From assembly GCF_009914755.1 (NCBI RefSeq), contig NC_060939.1: a stretch of DNA of 64,000 nt; one strand, written 5' to 3'. Origin of the DNA: the human T2T-CHM13v2.0 reference genome, Homo sapiens. Numbering within the stretch: position 1 is the stretch's first letter; every line of letters starts with the position of its first letter. The notes under the pieces were generated by a model. The model had not been told where the DNA came from. It saw only the letters and a program-made list of their open reading frames with translations, and made no database searches. Below are positions 25,870 through 40,613 of the stretch, one piece after another. A program made the position numbers and the translations under genes.

Positions 25870-28800
25870 TGCAATCGAGCTTTCCTAGCACCATTTATTA
25901 AGGACTATCTTTTCCCCGGTGTATATTCTTTCCAACTTCGTCAAAAATGAGTTGGCTGTAAGTGTGTGGATTTCTTTCTGGGTTCTCTGTTCTATACCTT
26001 TGGCCAATGTGTCTGTTTTTATGCCATTACCATGCTGTTTTGGTCACTACAGCTTTGTGGTATGTTTTGGGGTCAGGTAGTATGATGCCTCCAGCTTCAT
26101 TCTTTTTGATTAAAATTGTTTTGGATATTTGGGTCTTTTGTTGTTCCATACAAATTTTAGGATTGGTTTTTCTATTTCTATGAAGAACATCATTGGTATT
26201 TTCATAGGGATAACATTAATCTTTAGCTCCCTTTGGGTAGTACAGACATTTAATATTAATTCTTCCAATGAGTGGACACAAGACACAAAATGTCATTCCA
26301 ATTATTTGCATCTTCTTCAATTGATTTCATCAGTTATCTTATAGTTTTCAGTATAGAGATCTTTGACCTCCATGTTTAAATGTATCACTATTTTATATTT
26401 TATAACTATTATACATTGGATTACATTCTTGATTTATTTTTCAGATAGTCTGTAATTGGTGTGTAGAAATGCAACTAATTTTTATATGCTAATTTTGTAT
26501 GCTGTGGCTTTACTAAATTCATTTATTTACTGGTTCCAATATTATTTTTGTGGAGTCTTTGGGATTTTCTGTATTTTTAATCATGCTGTCCTCAAACAGG
26601 GATAATTTGACTTTCTCCTATCCAATTTGGATGCCCTTTATCTCTTTCTCTTGCCCAATTCCTATAGCTAAGACTTCCAGTATTGTGTTGAATAAAATCA
26701 GTGAAAGTGGACATCCTTATTTTGTTCCATAACTTAGAGACAAATGCTCCCAACTTTTCCTAATTGAGTATGATGTTAGCTGTGGTTTGTCATATATGGC
26801 CTTTATTGTGTTGAAGTATATTACTTTTATATCTAATTTGTTGAAGATTTTTTTATCATGAAAAAATGCTAAATTTTATGGAATTTTTTTTCTGTGTCTA
26901 CTGAAATATTCATATTTGATTTTTTGTTTTTTGTCCTTGATTCTGTTAGTATGATGTATTACGTTTATTGATTTGCATGTGTTGAACCCTTCTTGTATTC
27001 CTGGCATGATTCCATTTGGTAATAATGAAAGATCTTTTTAATGTGTTGTTTAATTTGTTTTGCTAGTGTTGAGAGTTTTTGCATCTATGTTCAACAGGGA
27101 TATTGTCCTATAGTTTTCTTTTTTTGTTGTATCATTGTCCGGTTTTGATATCATTGTAATGCTGACTTTATAAAATGAGTTGAAAGTATTCCCACCTCTT
27201 CAATTTTTTATGATGAATTTGAGAAAAGTTAATATGTGTTCTTCCTTAAATATTTGATAATTCAATATTATTGGCAAATATTTATTAGCCGTGAAGCCAT
27301 CAGGTCCTGGACTCTTCTTTGATGGGAGAGTCTATTATTGCCTCAGTCTTCTTCCTTATTATTAGTCTGTTCAGGTTCTCTATTTCTTCATGATTCAGTC
27401 TTGGTAGGCTGTATGTGTTCAGGAATTTATACATTTCTTATAGATTTTTCCACTTGTTGGCATATAATTGTTCACAATATTATCTTTTGTATTTGTATTG
27501 AATCATTTGTATTTCTGTGGCATCTGTTATGATGTCTCCTTTTATCATCTCTAATTATGCTTATTTGAGTCTTCTCTCTTTTGTACTTACACTAACTAAA
27601 GGTTTATAATTGTTGTTTATTTTTTGAAAACCAAGTCTTAGTTTTGTTTTTCATATTTTTAAAATCTCTATTTTATTTATTTTTGTTCTGTTCTCTGTTA
27701 TTTCTTTTCTTCTACCAATATTAAGTTTAGTTGGTTTTTGTTTTTCTAGTTTCCTAAGGTATACCTACCTTTCTTGATGTAAGTATTTATTGCTATAACT
27801 TCCCTCTTAAAACTGCTTGTGCTGTATCTCATAGGTTTGGGTATGCTGTGTTTCTGTTTTCACTTGTCTCAATGAATTATCTAATTTCTTCATTGACCCA
27901 TTATTGTTCAGGAGCATGTTGTTTAATGTATATGAATTTGTACAGTTTCCAATATTCCTTTTGTTATTGATTTTTAGGTTTTTTCATTGTAATCAGAAAT
28001 GATACTTGATATTATTTTGATTTTTAAAAATTTAGTAAGACCTGTTCTGTGACCTAACATATGATTTGTACTGGAGAATGTTTCAAGTGCTGTTGAGAAA
28101 AAATTTTATTCAGCAGCTGTTGGATGACATTTTCTGGAAATGTCTGTGACATCTATTCAGTCTTGAGTGCAGTTTAACTTTGATATTTCTTTGTTGATTT
28201 TCTGCCTGAACAATCTGTCCATTGCTGAAAATGGAGTACTGAAGTAATCTACTATTATTTTATTGCATCAATTCCTTTAAGTCTATTAATATAGTATTTA
28301 TATTTTTAGGTGCTCTGATATTGGGTACATATAGATTTAAAATTCTTGTGTCTGCTTGCTGTATTGACCCCTTTATCATTATATAATTGCCTTTTGTTCA
28401 CCATGCTTGACATAAAGTCTGTTTTATCTGATATAAGCAAAGCTACTTTCAGATTAAAGAACTCACCTTAGCATTTTTCTTGTAAGATAGGGCTAGTGTT
28501 AAGGAATACACTCAGCCTTTATTTGCCTGGGAAAGTTCTCTCTCCTGTATGTTTCCTGGATAGCTTTTCTTAGTACAGTATTCTTGGTTGGCAGGTTTTT
28601 GGGTTTTTTATTTTTCCCATCAGCACTTTGAATACAGTATTCCACTCTCACTGAGAAATTCTCTGAAAGGTGTATTGGGGCTGTGTTGAATGTGATATAG
28701 TTCTCTGCTGTTGCTGTTTTAAGTATTCTTTATTTGACTTTGGTTGATAATGTGATTATTATTTGCCTTGGGAAATTCATTTTTGGCTTAAATTTGGTTG

Positions 28801-30400
28801 GCAATCTCTGTGTTTCTTGTACCTGAATGCTGTCATCTTTCTCCAGATTTGGGAAATATTCAGCCATTATTTGCTTAAATATGCTTTCTGGGTCTTTTCC
28901 CTTCATCTCCATTAGGAATTTTTATTAATATTTGGTGAAACTTAATTCACTTGATGGTGGCTCATAATTCTCATAGGACTTCTTTACTCTTTTCTATTCT
29001 TTTTTCTTTTATCTCCTATTTTGTATATTCTCTCTTCAAGCTTGTTAATTATTTCCCTTCTTTGATCAAGTCTATTGTTGAGGCTTTCTAATGTGTTTTT
29101 CAGGTCAGTTATTGTATTCTCTATTCATTGTATTCAGTATTCTTCAATTTTAAGATTTCTACTTGGTGTGTTTTTACTTGTGTAAATACTATTTCTTTGT
29201 CAATTTTCTCATTTTATTATTAGATTATTTTCCAAATTTCATCAGTTTTCTATCTATATTTTCTTGTGATTCCCCTGAACTTCTTTAAGGAGATAATTCT
29301 GAATTTTCTGACAGACATTTCATAGATACTCAATCTGTGCCCCTTGCTGAAGCTTTGTTGTTTTCCTTTGGTGATGTCATATTTCCCTGAGTTTAACAAT
29401 GCCTGCATTGATGTCTTCACATTTGAGAAGAGAATCACCTTGCCCAACTTTTGCAGTATTCTTTGATGGTATTAGACCTTTACTACTTAGTACCAAAAGT
29501 TAATCCTTTGCTTCCAATTCTGGGGAGGACTTACAGCGAGCACTAGAACTAAAACACTGCACTGGAACTAAACTGCTACCCCACCTCTCTTTCCTGGTTT
29601 GAGTAAGACTTACTCTGTGAGTTGAAGCTGAAATGCTGCATCAGAACTGAATTGCTGCTCTGCTATTATTTCCCAGTCTGGGGAAGACTTATAGAGAGTA
29701 CAAGAACTTAAATGCTATACCAGAATTATATTGCTGTCCTGCTATTTTTTTCTAGTCTGATGAAGACTTAAGTGGCACCAAAACCTAATTCCAACATTTT
29801 AGTTATTTCTAGGACAGAAGAAAGATTCACATGAACATCTGGGTTTGTAAAAAATATGGCCAGGGATTTGGGCCTTCCTGCATATTGTACCTACTGTAGC
29901 TCTATGGCTCCAGCCAGTCTCCTTACTGTGGCATCCATGCTGATTAGAGGGAAGAATAGCTGCCAAGATCTGTGTACCACTCACTGTGATAAAAGATGTA
30001 CTCTTTATCCAATTTACCCCAGGTGATTGAGCCTTCCTGGCACTCCCAGTCTTTCCAGTGGGATGGAACTGGAGTTGGCTTCCCATGAAGATTATCAGAC
30101 CAGTGGAGAGATTGAATATCCACCTCCAACTCCTTCCTCTCACCTCAGAACCCACAGGTCTAGGGAAATTCTTTGCAAATGGTGTTATGCCAGCTTGGAG
30201 GAGGGAGCAGCACAGACTAAAATGACTATTTCTCCTACTGGTCATGCCTTCTCTCGATACTGTAGGCCCAAGAGATTTCTTCATTACTCCCCTGAATTCA
30301 GGGTGGTGTTCCTGTCTTTGAATACTTTCTAATTATATTTTTGTGGGAGTAGTGATACAAGGGAATCTTATATTCCACCATCATGCTGACATAACTTCTC
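25870..30400 (-). mobile_element. Old L1M element retaining 5'UTR, ORF1 and partial ORF2 (3' end missing, internal deletions)
   Basis: ORF1p remnant at 28730-28912 (ESIFKQIMAEYFPNLEK). Antisense ORF2 at 25870-28440. The 5' end reads gagaagttatgtcagcatgatggtg (decayed YY1-type start). Confidence 0.85.
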
Positions 30401-30415
30401 TCAGTTTTTTTCCAT

Positions 30416-30590
30416 TGCAGGGTTCACAAAAACGGAGTTATAGAACCATAACATCACTTTCAGATATATACATCCTTAGGACCCACTCAAGAGCTACTGA
30501 ATCAGAAACTCTTGAGGATGGGGTCCAACATTCTGCATTTAAACAAGTCCTCCAGGTACACTCTAATGATCGAAAATCACTCATCTACTG
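30416..30590. mobile_element. MER5A-like hAT DNA transposon relic
   Basis: ctactgaatcagaaactct...ctgcatttaaacaagtcctccaggt. Confidence 0.7.
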
Positions 30591-30942
30591 CATGACTCAG
30601 ACAAATAAAGGGAAAGTTAAAATGTGGAAAATGCTCTGAGAGAAAAAAAGGTGTTCTACGAGTACATAGGAGGCTCACATAATCCATTGGGGATAGACAG
30701 ATCATGAAAGGCTTCTAGGATGAGAAGAAGGCATATAAAGAATAGGTAAGTTAAGTGGGAAGGATGTGTTAGGGAAAAGAAGGATGGGGCATGGTGATGG
30801 ACAAAAGGCCAGAGAGAATATTACAAATAAAGAAAAGCCCCACAAGTGCAAGATCTCAGAGATAGGAGAAGGTTGATGCCTTTCAGAGCTGAAAACTGAA
30901 GCAACCATAACCAATCACAGTGCTGAGCTAATCACAAGGTTT

Positions 30943-31245
<303 letters not shown>

Positions 31246-33204
31246 TAATCATGAGGTTTTTATCGAGGTGAATATGTCACAAGTCATTTGATACTAGTAT
31301 CAGTGAAAGTCATAAGGACTGAAAATTATTTCCTTTTACTGGTGACAAATCAGGTTAAAGAAGAAAAGAGATGTTTTGTAAACCAAGTTAATGGATTTGG
31401 ATTTGTCCTGGAGGAAATGTGGAGCCACTAAGAATTTTAAGCCGCAGCATGGCATGATCAGATATGTGTTTATAAAAGTGTATCTGACTACAGAATTGAG
31501 AACTAATTGGAGGGGCGAGACTGGGAGCAAGTAGAACAGCTATAGCAACAGACTATTTGGGTAAGCTGTCTGTGTTAAATTTCCTGGTTTTCTCTTGCTA
31601 AAGAATTCATTTACAAAAATATGCCCTAGCTTTTTGATGTATGTTGAATAAAAATAATACATACAGAAAAATTAAAGTCTAATGTCTTAAATAAGGATTT
31701 CCATTTTAAAGGTCCTGAGTAATTATAGATATTTGTTAAAAAGTAAGGGGAACTAACAAGCAATTTTCAGTATATTAAAAAGCCCAACAAGTGTCATACA
31801 TTTGCGTAAATGCAAATTAAAAATTCATGGTTTTCTTTTTAATTTGGGGCGAATTACATCAATTCAGTACAGGCACTCTAGTGATTTAGTGCTGATTGGA
31901 AACTCCAGCTTGACCTTTACATATTGCTGGAGAACAGAAACATCAGAAAATGAGCTTTTTGCTTAACAGATGCTATATGAAAGAAAAAACAATGAAATTC
32001 AATGGTAGAAAAATAAATCCATGTGTCTTGATAGTTGAAGATTACAAAACATGACATTTAATCTATTTTATAATATAGCTGGACCCAAGTGAATTAGGTA
32101 GTCATCTAAGTATTTATTAGACCAAAAAATGACCCCCCCAAGAAAAATTTAATTGCATGAAAATAGCTTAATTTTTGAGATAGTCATATTTTATTTATAA
32201 GTATTTACACTCAGAGCTGCTATGAGAGGGAAAAGTTAGCCACCAACAAAGCTCAGAGACATCAGAATTTGAGCAGGGTCCCAAATCAATGCTCGTTTTT
32301 CTTAGATGTAGGGAGCTACTGGGGTTTAATGTCATTTTGTACACATTTAAATTCAATTTAGTATCATCTTTTGAGTGGCACCTTCTTTTGGAAACTGACT
32401 GAGCTGATGACAGTTTATACTTTTAGTGAAGTAGAGTAAGACTTCACTGTAGTGACTTTTTTGTTGGAACAAACTCACACAAATCTAAATAAGACATCCA
32501 AAACCTTTATGGAAAATACTGCCCACTAGAAGTGTAATATAGTACTGACTGTACTTATGATATTCCCATTAAATGACTTAATGAACCTTATTCAATGTAA
32601 TTTGTGTCTAGATGGTGCCGGTAACACACTTAGCTAGTGATTGATTCTCACTGATGAATAGCTGTGTGAATTAGAAAACTGTGAATGAGTCTAATTATAG
32701 TATGCTAGAGCTACTGCTAGATGTACATAAAAACGATCAAACTCGGGCATAACCACTGTGCAGATGAATGCTTTTCCATATGTGGATGCTTACACTAGCG
32801 CTATGTCTATGGCAATAGCTCTGATTAGATTGCAAAGTAGCCCCTAAGATGGCACAGCTCAACTGCCATTCCAATTTTGACAGCCTTTTTTTTTCTTTTT
32901 GCCATTTAGAGAGAGAAAGAACTCCCCATCAGATCTGCAAAGCTGCAAACCCAGCCACAGGCTTGGTCTGTTTTCTTGGCCCTCTCAGTATTTTCCTGCG
33001 TCCTTTCTGTTCCTGACTTGGCTCAATGCAGGCTCCCCACTGAGATCATTTTCTCTGTATAACTCTTCCCCTTCTGGCCAGCTGGTCCTTTTTGGAGGCT
33101 AAGTATTTTGTATCCATTGGAAGTCTCCCTCTCATTTTCATAGCACCTTGGGGAAAGGTGTTTCTCTGATTATTGCACAAGGTCCCTGAATTTAAAGTAG
33201 TTTT

Positions 33205-33365
33205 CCTCTTTTTTAAAAACCACTTTGTTGAGGTATGATTGATATATTTAAAAACTGTACATATTCAGTCTATACAACTTGATAAATTTGGGGATAAATA
33301 TACACCCATGAAACCATCACCACCATCAAGGCCATAAACATATCTATCACCTCCCAAAGTTTTCT
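33205..33365 (-). mobile_element. Short L1MB-like 3' end
   Basis: ctttgttgaggtatgattga...acacccatgaaaccatcaccaccatcaag. Confidence 0.7.
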
Positions 33366-35584
33366 TTTTATTTGCCCAAATTAATTTAACTAATATTCAT
33401 AAGATATCTTTTGTATTACGTAGGAATTTGGGATGGCATATAAGACCATGTTGATTTATGATTTTATGTGTTAACTATGAGCCTTGGGAGACTCAGGATT
33501 TATGATGAAAGAGTTGGAGTCTTTCTAGTGGGCCCTTATATGACAAATGTCCTAGGCTCCTCACTGGCACTGCTCCCCGCTCAAAAAGAAAAAAAGAAAA
33601 AAAAAAAAACTTGACCCAAGAGACAGTCCCACTTTGTGAACATCGTATATTCTTTAGAACTTTTTTAGTTATACTATGTCTTCCTGAAGGTTCAGTACTT
33701 GGACTGCTTAACTTAGTTGTAAAATCATCGTGAGTTTTTATAAGGGAAGGAAAATATATCGTTTTCAATTCTCCATCTTGAAGACCCTTAGAATTATGTT
33801 AACTGTTGTGACCTTTGCAGCACATTCGGAAAAAGTGTTCCAGGAGAGTTTGTGATTATTTAATTGTTCCACAGAAGAAGAGCTAGTTGGGATATTGCTT
33901 GGATATATTATTTTATGTCCTATTTTTATTAATGACTCCCTTTAAATTACAGCATCTCTCTGTTAGATGAAAAGGCCTTATTTTTATTTCAAAAGCATCG
34001 TTTATTATGGTTATTCTGTTATTTAGAATTTATTGCAGACATTTCATCTACATATAATTTGGGTGGTGCATTTTCTAGTTGCTATATAACAGATATATTT
34101 CCATAACGTGGCAAAATGTAAAGAAGCTGGCAGCTTGGGGTATTTATGTTCAGCCCTCTTCAGATTTTCCTTATGGTTTTACAGATATGAATTGTAATCA
34201 TGCTTTGTACTTTGCCTGAGATTCATTTTCCAGTCCAATTTTAAATCCCCAGGAAAAAAAGCATTTCTACCTGAAAACATTTTACTGTATTTTAGTTATG
34301 TGCATATGAACACACATACACACACATACATCCATCGATATGTAGTACATTTAACCCACTGTAGTTTTTTGTTATTTTTTTTGATATCTTAGGTTTACAA
34401 GGTTTGTGTGCTAAAATGGTAAATATTATCTATTAAATCATATTTTTAGAAAATAATTAACTCTTTGACCCAGGATATTAACAGTAATTGAGAAAATCAG
34501 GGTTGGCTGGAAGAAACAAATCTGACCTATTGCTGGAAATAAAAAAGAGCTCTCAGTGATTTTTTTTATTAAGCATCATCTTGGCAATGAATGGTGTTTT
34601 GTTAATGCAGCGTTTTTCTTCATTTTTCTGAAAAATGGCTAACCTATCTTAAAGCAGATTTGGACAACTCTTGACTATATGCATGGAATACACTCAGTCC
34701 TCTGGTGGCTACAAGGCCCTAACATCCCTGTTACAGCACAGCAGGATACTATTCCTTAAGAGCCAGTTAGACCAGGAATTGTTGAGCTCTCACACAACTG
34801 TCTTCTCACAGGAAAACTGGGTGGCTGTCATTGAACCTCAGGGGATACAGTGACCTTATGATGCATGTAATTTAATTATGCATAAGATCAGGCAGATTAA
34901 TGACATGACACTTATTTATTAATTTAAATCTATTAGTATTAAAATTGTATTCACATTAATATAGTTTCTCAGAAGCTATCAGAACAGAAAGTACCAATAA
35001 AACAGAAGAAATATGCCAACCCCTACACACTTTATATTCCAAACCAACCAAATAGTTCTTCCCATGTATGGCTCAGATTTTCCTCTAACCTTGACTTTTC
35101 TCATTAAAAAGGTAGTAGCTCTCCCTGCAACTATATTTACATTTTCCAATCCTACCTATTCATAAAGGCACAATGTGAATACCATCTTTTCTGTAACAAA
35201 TTCTTGATAGATTTAACAGTAAATAATTTCTCCCCACCCTTAATTCCTATTTGGGAGTTTATTCCACTTTATGTTACTGTTATTTTTTGCAAGTCTTAGC
35301 TTTCCCATTATGCCACAGGCTCTTTGAAGGGAGGATCTGAGTTTAATTCATCTGTGAGAATCACTTTCTTGCCCCTGTCCATACACAGTACTTTCCACAA
35401 GGTATCTGCTCCATGAATACTGATAGAACGAATGAATCAAAAATATTTAAAAGTTTTTAGACAGAGAATGTAAATGATCCAACAAATTATAGCATAATAA
35501 AAGCTGCTTTTAACCTCTCCTTCATTCTGGAGTCCATTATAGCATCTAGTCTCAGTTAAATCTTGGATTGTAGACTGAGGCAAG

Positions 35585-35792
35585 TCAGTTCTGTCCCACA
35601 AAATTGTCTGTGATGGTAGATATATTTTATATTTGCACTATCCAATATGGAAGCCTCTAGCCACATGTAGCTGTTGAGCACTTGAATTGTACCTAGACCA
35701 ACTGGATTACTGAAGTTTGTACTTTATTTACGTTTATTTTAAACTTAAATAGTCACATTTGGCTAGTGGCTACTGTATTGGAAAACATAACT
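35585..35792. mobile_element. MER3-like DNA transposon
   Basis: tccaatatgg...ctagccacatgtagctgttgagcacttgaa...ggctagtggctactgtattgga. Confidence 0.75.
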
Positions 35793-38721
35793 CTGGAACT
35801 CAGAACAAATGGCGACGTTCATATTGTATTAAAAAACTTCAGCTGGACTGCAACTAGGGTTCACTAGGCTGAGACTTTCAGGGTAATGCAAGTACATGGT
35901 TGACCCTTAAATTTTGCACTCAAGGACACCCCATGTGCTTCACCTTAGTCTCAGCCATGCATTTCAGAGATTACTAGCCAGAGTTTCTTACTATTGACAC
36001 TTTACCCTATGTTTTTGGGCCCATGTTAAACCACAGATGGCACTGAGATGCTATTACTGACTATTGAAGAGTCATGTTATCTAAAGAATGAATTGTTCAC
36101 AGATCTAATGGAATTTGTTTTCTGCTACAGTGAGAATTATGATGTTTTCTTTTATTCTTTTCCTTTCCCATAGGAGCCTTTTAAATTATCAAATCTTCTT
36201 TCCATATTCAAATCGAATGTTATCTCCTCTATGAAGTGACTCTTGGTGCTTTGTATATTCACTTCTCCTGACAAAAGTGTGGTAGAAATGCCAAGTGTTA
36301 GCTCTATAGAAGTGCCACAACATGTGAGTTATGGCAAAGAAAAATTCAACAAGTGCTATTAGGTACAACCAATGAGCCCCCGAGAAACCAATGTGGTCTG
36401 CTATTTCTTACCACCCTTAAAAACACAAGGAGAATTAACTTCACTGTGCCTCAGTTCCCCCACCCCACAGCATGGTGATGCTAACACCTAATTTATGTTA
36501 ATTTTCTTAAGTGCTGTTTAATGAGTATCTGCTATATGACTGATATTTGCACTAAAGGCAGAGATTTCATTCATCAAGAGAGATTTTGCTTTTTGTTTCA
36601 CAGAATAGACCCAACAATTAAATAAGCAATTGCAATAAATGTCTATCATGACTACAAAACTCTTGTTTTAGTAAATGGAACAGAGTAGGCACTCATTAAT
36701 TCCAGTAATATCCTTTCAAATATTAAAGCTGAGGAGTCTATTTCATAAAGTCCAAAGAGTAAATGTGTTAGTAGGACATAACCATGTTAAACAATTGTAG
36801 ATTAATTTTACCAAAGCTTGTTGGTAAAGGAAGAACCATTAGAATAATCTCCTCCATGAAGTAATGATTTGTTCAAGTATAACTTATAAAGTCCTTCAGA
36901 GTTAAAAATGAAAGGAAAAAATACATTTTCTCTAGTTAGCACAATTGGTAAAATTAAACATCCCTGTATTTTGATAGCTACAAGTAGATTATAGAAATAG
37001 ACCATCTGGGATCGATGATTAACCTCCCCTCCCCCAAAAAAAAAGTTGAATGCTAGAGGACATCAGTTGAATGCATTTTAATTTCATGTTATTATTGGTA
37101 GTTTTGAGCTGCAGTTATTTGGGATAAGGTTAATTCGTAGACTTTCTCCCACAACAAAAGCATTGCCTTTGCCGAAGCCCTTTTGTTTATTTACTTGCTG
37201 ATTGCAATCCAGCATAACAGCCACATTTACAATTAAATTGGTAATTGACCATTTAGATCACTGTTCCCCATGCAACACTAAACTTGTAAGTAATGATTCA
37301 GGCATTAATAAGCAAGCCACACAATTTTAAAAATGCACCACAAATTTTATATCTACCTAATGAATTGATAAATCCAGAAGAAAATTCCAGTTAGATACTA
37401 TCTGCTATAAAATTAAAGATAGAATATGAACAAAACATAGCCTAACTTTAGTTATTTACAGATGAGTTATCTAGTTTGAAAGGTTCTTAGATTGTCTTTT
37501 CTATATTTTGGTCATCACAGTGTCACTGACATTACTTCACCAATGCATGGATAAACAATGAAGAAAAAATGACACTCAGATTAGTCAACTTGCATGCTAT
37601 AAAGGGCTTGTAATAGTGTTGAGCCTGAGATAAGAAGAAAAACCAAAAGGGTATGTGGGCCTGTCTGTGCCTGTCTTCTAATAACGCATCTCGCTTGTTT
37701 CTACTATTTTTAAGAAAAATGAGAGTTGGCTGTATTAGAATCTCTGGTTAGTTAGGGATCCTCGGTTTCCTCTTGACTACATACTCTCCTTGTGTTTTTA
37801 AGGGTGGCGAGAAATAATAGGCCACACTGGTTTCTTAGGAGCTCATTGGTTGTACTTAACAGTGTTTGTTGAGTTTTTCTGTGCTATAACTCACTTATTG
37901 TAGGACTGCTATCGAGCCAACGCTTGGCATTTCTGCAATATTTACTATTTTCTTAATGTGTTTATTAACTACTTCCACCTCTTTCTATGCACAGATAGGG
38001 GGAAAAAGACAATATGGTGGCTTGCTACATCTTTTCAGCAAGCGTCAAATTGTACAGATATCCAGTCTCTTCATTGACCCCATTTAGTCTGGCTGTTAAA
38101 TACTGAGAAATAGTCATTTTAAGAACAGCAAGGCCCTAGGAACTGTCTATTGTTGCTAACCCTGAGATACATTTTGGAATCCTGAATCACCCTCAAGTGA
38201 TTTAGTTCACTAAATACCTCATAATGAAATATAGACATTTAGACATATAGATTTACTTACTTGTCATTAAGCCTAGGGAAAACCAGGACTTGCAATCTTT
38301 AAGTCCCCTTTCAATTCTAAAACTTCCTGACAATGAGCAATCTGACAGTTATATCATGATACGATCATGTCTGCCACTGCTTCAGTGCTAATTCACATTG
38401 AATTGCCCTTTCCTGCCTCTCGACTTTCAGATTAGTTTTGATAAAACATGAATATGGTATTTTCTAGCTGATCATTCTGATTTCTAATCTGACATGTTGT
38501 CATATTTTTATTTATAGATTTTGGTTTACAAGTCAGCACTCCAGAGAGATTTCTGGTTTTTTGACCTTCACTAAGGGTCTCTTTCATTCAAATAATATCT
38601 GAATATGGTATAAGTATCTGAATTTCACTCATATTATAAAGCTATTTTTAAAAATCTCAATTATAAAAATTAAAATATCCTTCATTAAAATATAATTTTT
38701 TTACTAATTATAAACTTAAAA

Positions 38722-39150
38722 AGTTTTTAATTGACATGAAATCACATGTTAGTGTACAACATTTTATTTTGAAGTATATGTACATTGTGGAATGACAAAA
38801 TATAGCTAATTAACATATGCATGACCTCACATAGTTATGATTTTTGTTGTGAGATTACTTTATATCCACTCTCTTAGCACTTTTCAAGAATGCAACACAT
38901 TGTCATTAACTATAATTACATATTGTACAATTGATCTTTTGAACTTATTTCTCCTATCTAACTGAAATTTTGTATCCTTTAATCAAGGTCTCCACAACCC
39001 ATCACCCAAACTCCTACCCCTGCCCGACCATTCCAGCCCCTGGTAACCATCATTTTACTCTCGGCTTCTAAGAGATCAACTTTTTTAGATTCCATATATG
39101 AGTGAAATCATGTGATATTTGTTTTTAATACCTGATATTTCATTTAACGT
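38722..39150 (-). mobile_element. L1MA 3' end, antisense
   Basis: tagctaattaacatatgcatgacctcacatagttat...ttttagattccatatatgagtgaaatcatg. Confidence 0.85.
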
Positions 39151-39539
39151 AACTGGAATGATTATCAAACATTATCAAAATGATGGAAATGTATAGAATA
39201 TAAGCTCTTAGGTCCAATTAAACACATACACTACTCTTCCGCCATTCTTGCCATCAACATTGCACCCCATTAAGTTTCCAAGTTGAATAAAGCGGAAGGC
39301 TTTATTCAAAATGTCATCTCAAGACTTTTTTGAATGGCCTGAGGCTTAGCAGCAGTTCTTAGTTCAGTAGTCTATTGTGGTTAAGAAACTTTATTATAGA
39401 AAGTTTTAATGTGATATAATTAAAAGTTTTGCCATTCTGTTTGGCTTCTCCAATCTTATTTCCATGTGTAATTTTTTGATATTCAGGATTTGTTTATGGC
39501 TTTACCACAGCTTTAAAATAAAATACCCCTTAATAATGG

Positions 39540-39570
<31 letters not shown>

Positions 39571-39571
39571 T

Positions 39572-40088
39572 ACCAGTGGAATACTATTGAGCCTTAAAAA
39601 AGAGGGAAATCCTGTCATTTGTGGCAACACGTATGAACCTGGAGGACATTATGTTAAGTGAAATAAGCCAGGCACAGAAAGACAAACACTGCATGATCTC
39701 ACATATTTGTGGAATGAAAAATAATTCTACTCATAAGAACAATGAGTAAAGTGATGGTAGCCAGAGGCTGAGGGAGGGGAGATTGGGGAGATCATGTCCT
39801 TGTTGATCAAAGCACACAAGTTTTAGTTAGAAGGATAAAGTTCAAAAGATCTATTGTACAACATGTGACTATTATTAATAACAATATATTGTATATTTAA
39901 AAATAGCTAAGAGAGTAGATTTTAAGTGTTCTCAGCACAAAAAAGCATTATAGTATGTGAGGTAATGCATATATTAAAAAGCTTGATTTAGTCATTCTGC
40001 AGTGGATGCATATATCAAAACATCATATTGTGTACCATAAATGCATACAATTTTTACTTGTCAATTAAAAAGTATAAAATTAAAAAAT
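39572..40088 (+). mobile_element. L1MA 3' end, sense
   Basis: gaacctggaggacattatgttaagtgaaataagccaggcacagaaagacaa...tgtcaattaaaaa. Confidence 0.88.
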
Positions 40089-40613
40089 ATAGTAATATGT
40101 CATATCAGTGAGCTTTATCTTATACTTGTTTTCTATTAGTAATAGAAAACATATCAGTTACCTTTTCCTTAAGAGCCTAGATTATTGAAAAAATATTTTA
40201 TTGTGAAAAATGTCCTACATAAAAATAGTGAATATTTATGATTTATAAAAAGATAATAAGATAAGCACCTTAATACTCGTGACCCAAGTTTAGAAAGAGA
40301 ATACACTGATAACATCAGTCTCCAAAAATAACCACACTCTTGAAGCTTCTGTCAATGATTCCTTTTCTTTTCATTATAGTTCTACTACATGTAAATATTT
40401 ATATACTTTATTATCTAATCTTGTTTTTAAATTGGTATATATGGAATCATACTAAATATGTTTTTCCATGTTATGTTCCTTGGCCTCCACATTATGTGTT
40501 TGGTATTCATTCAGGCTTCTGTTTGTAACTGTTTGTTTTACTTTGGATTCCCTGAAAATAGATTCTGAGGTGAAGAATTGCATGCAGAAATTTCACCTAA
40601 GAATGCTCTAAAG

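Noticed and set aside
29515-29790. CRISPR-like repeat-spacer array
   Set aside because: The units are similar along their whole length with no unique spacers, the context is a eukaryotic L1, and there are no cas genes.
29799-30284. 161-aa ORF (longest in the track)
   Set aside because: It lies in an old L1 5' region and has no protein similarity that I recognise.
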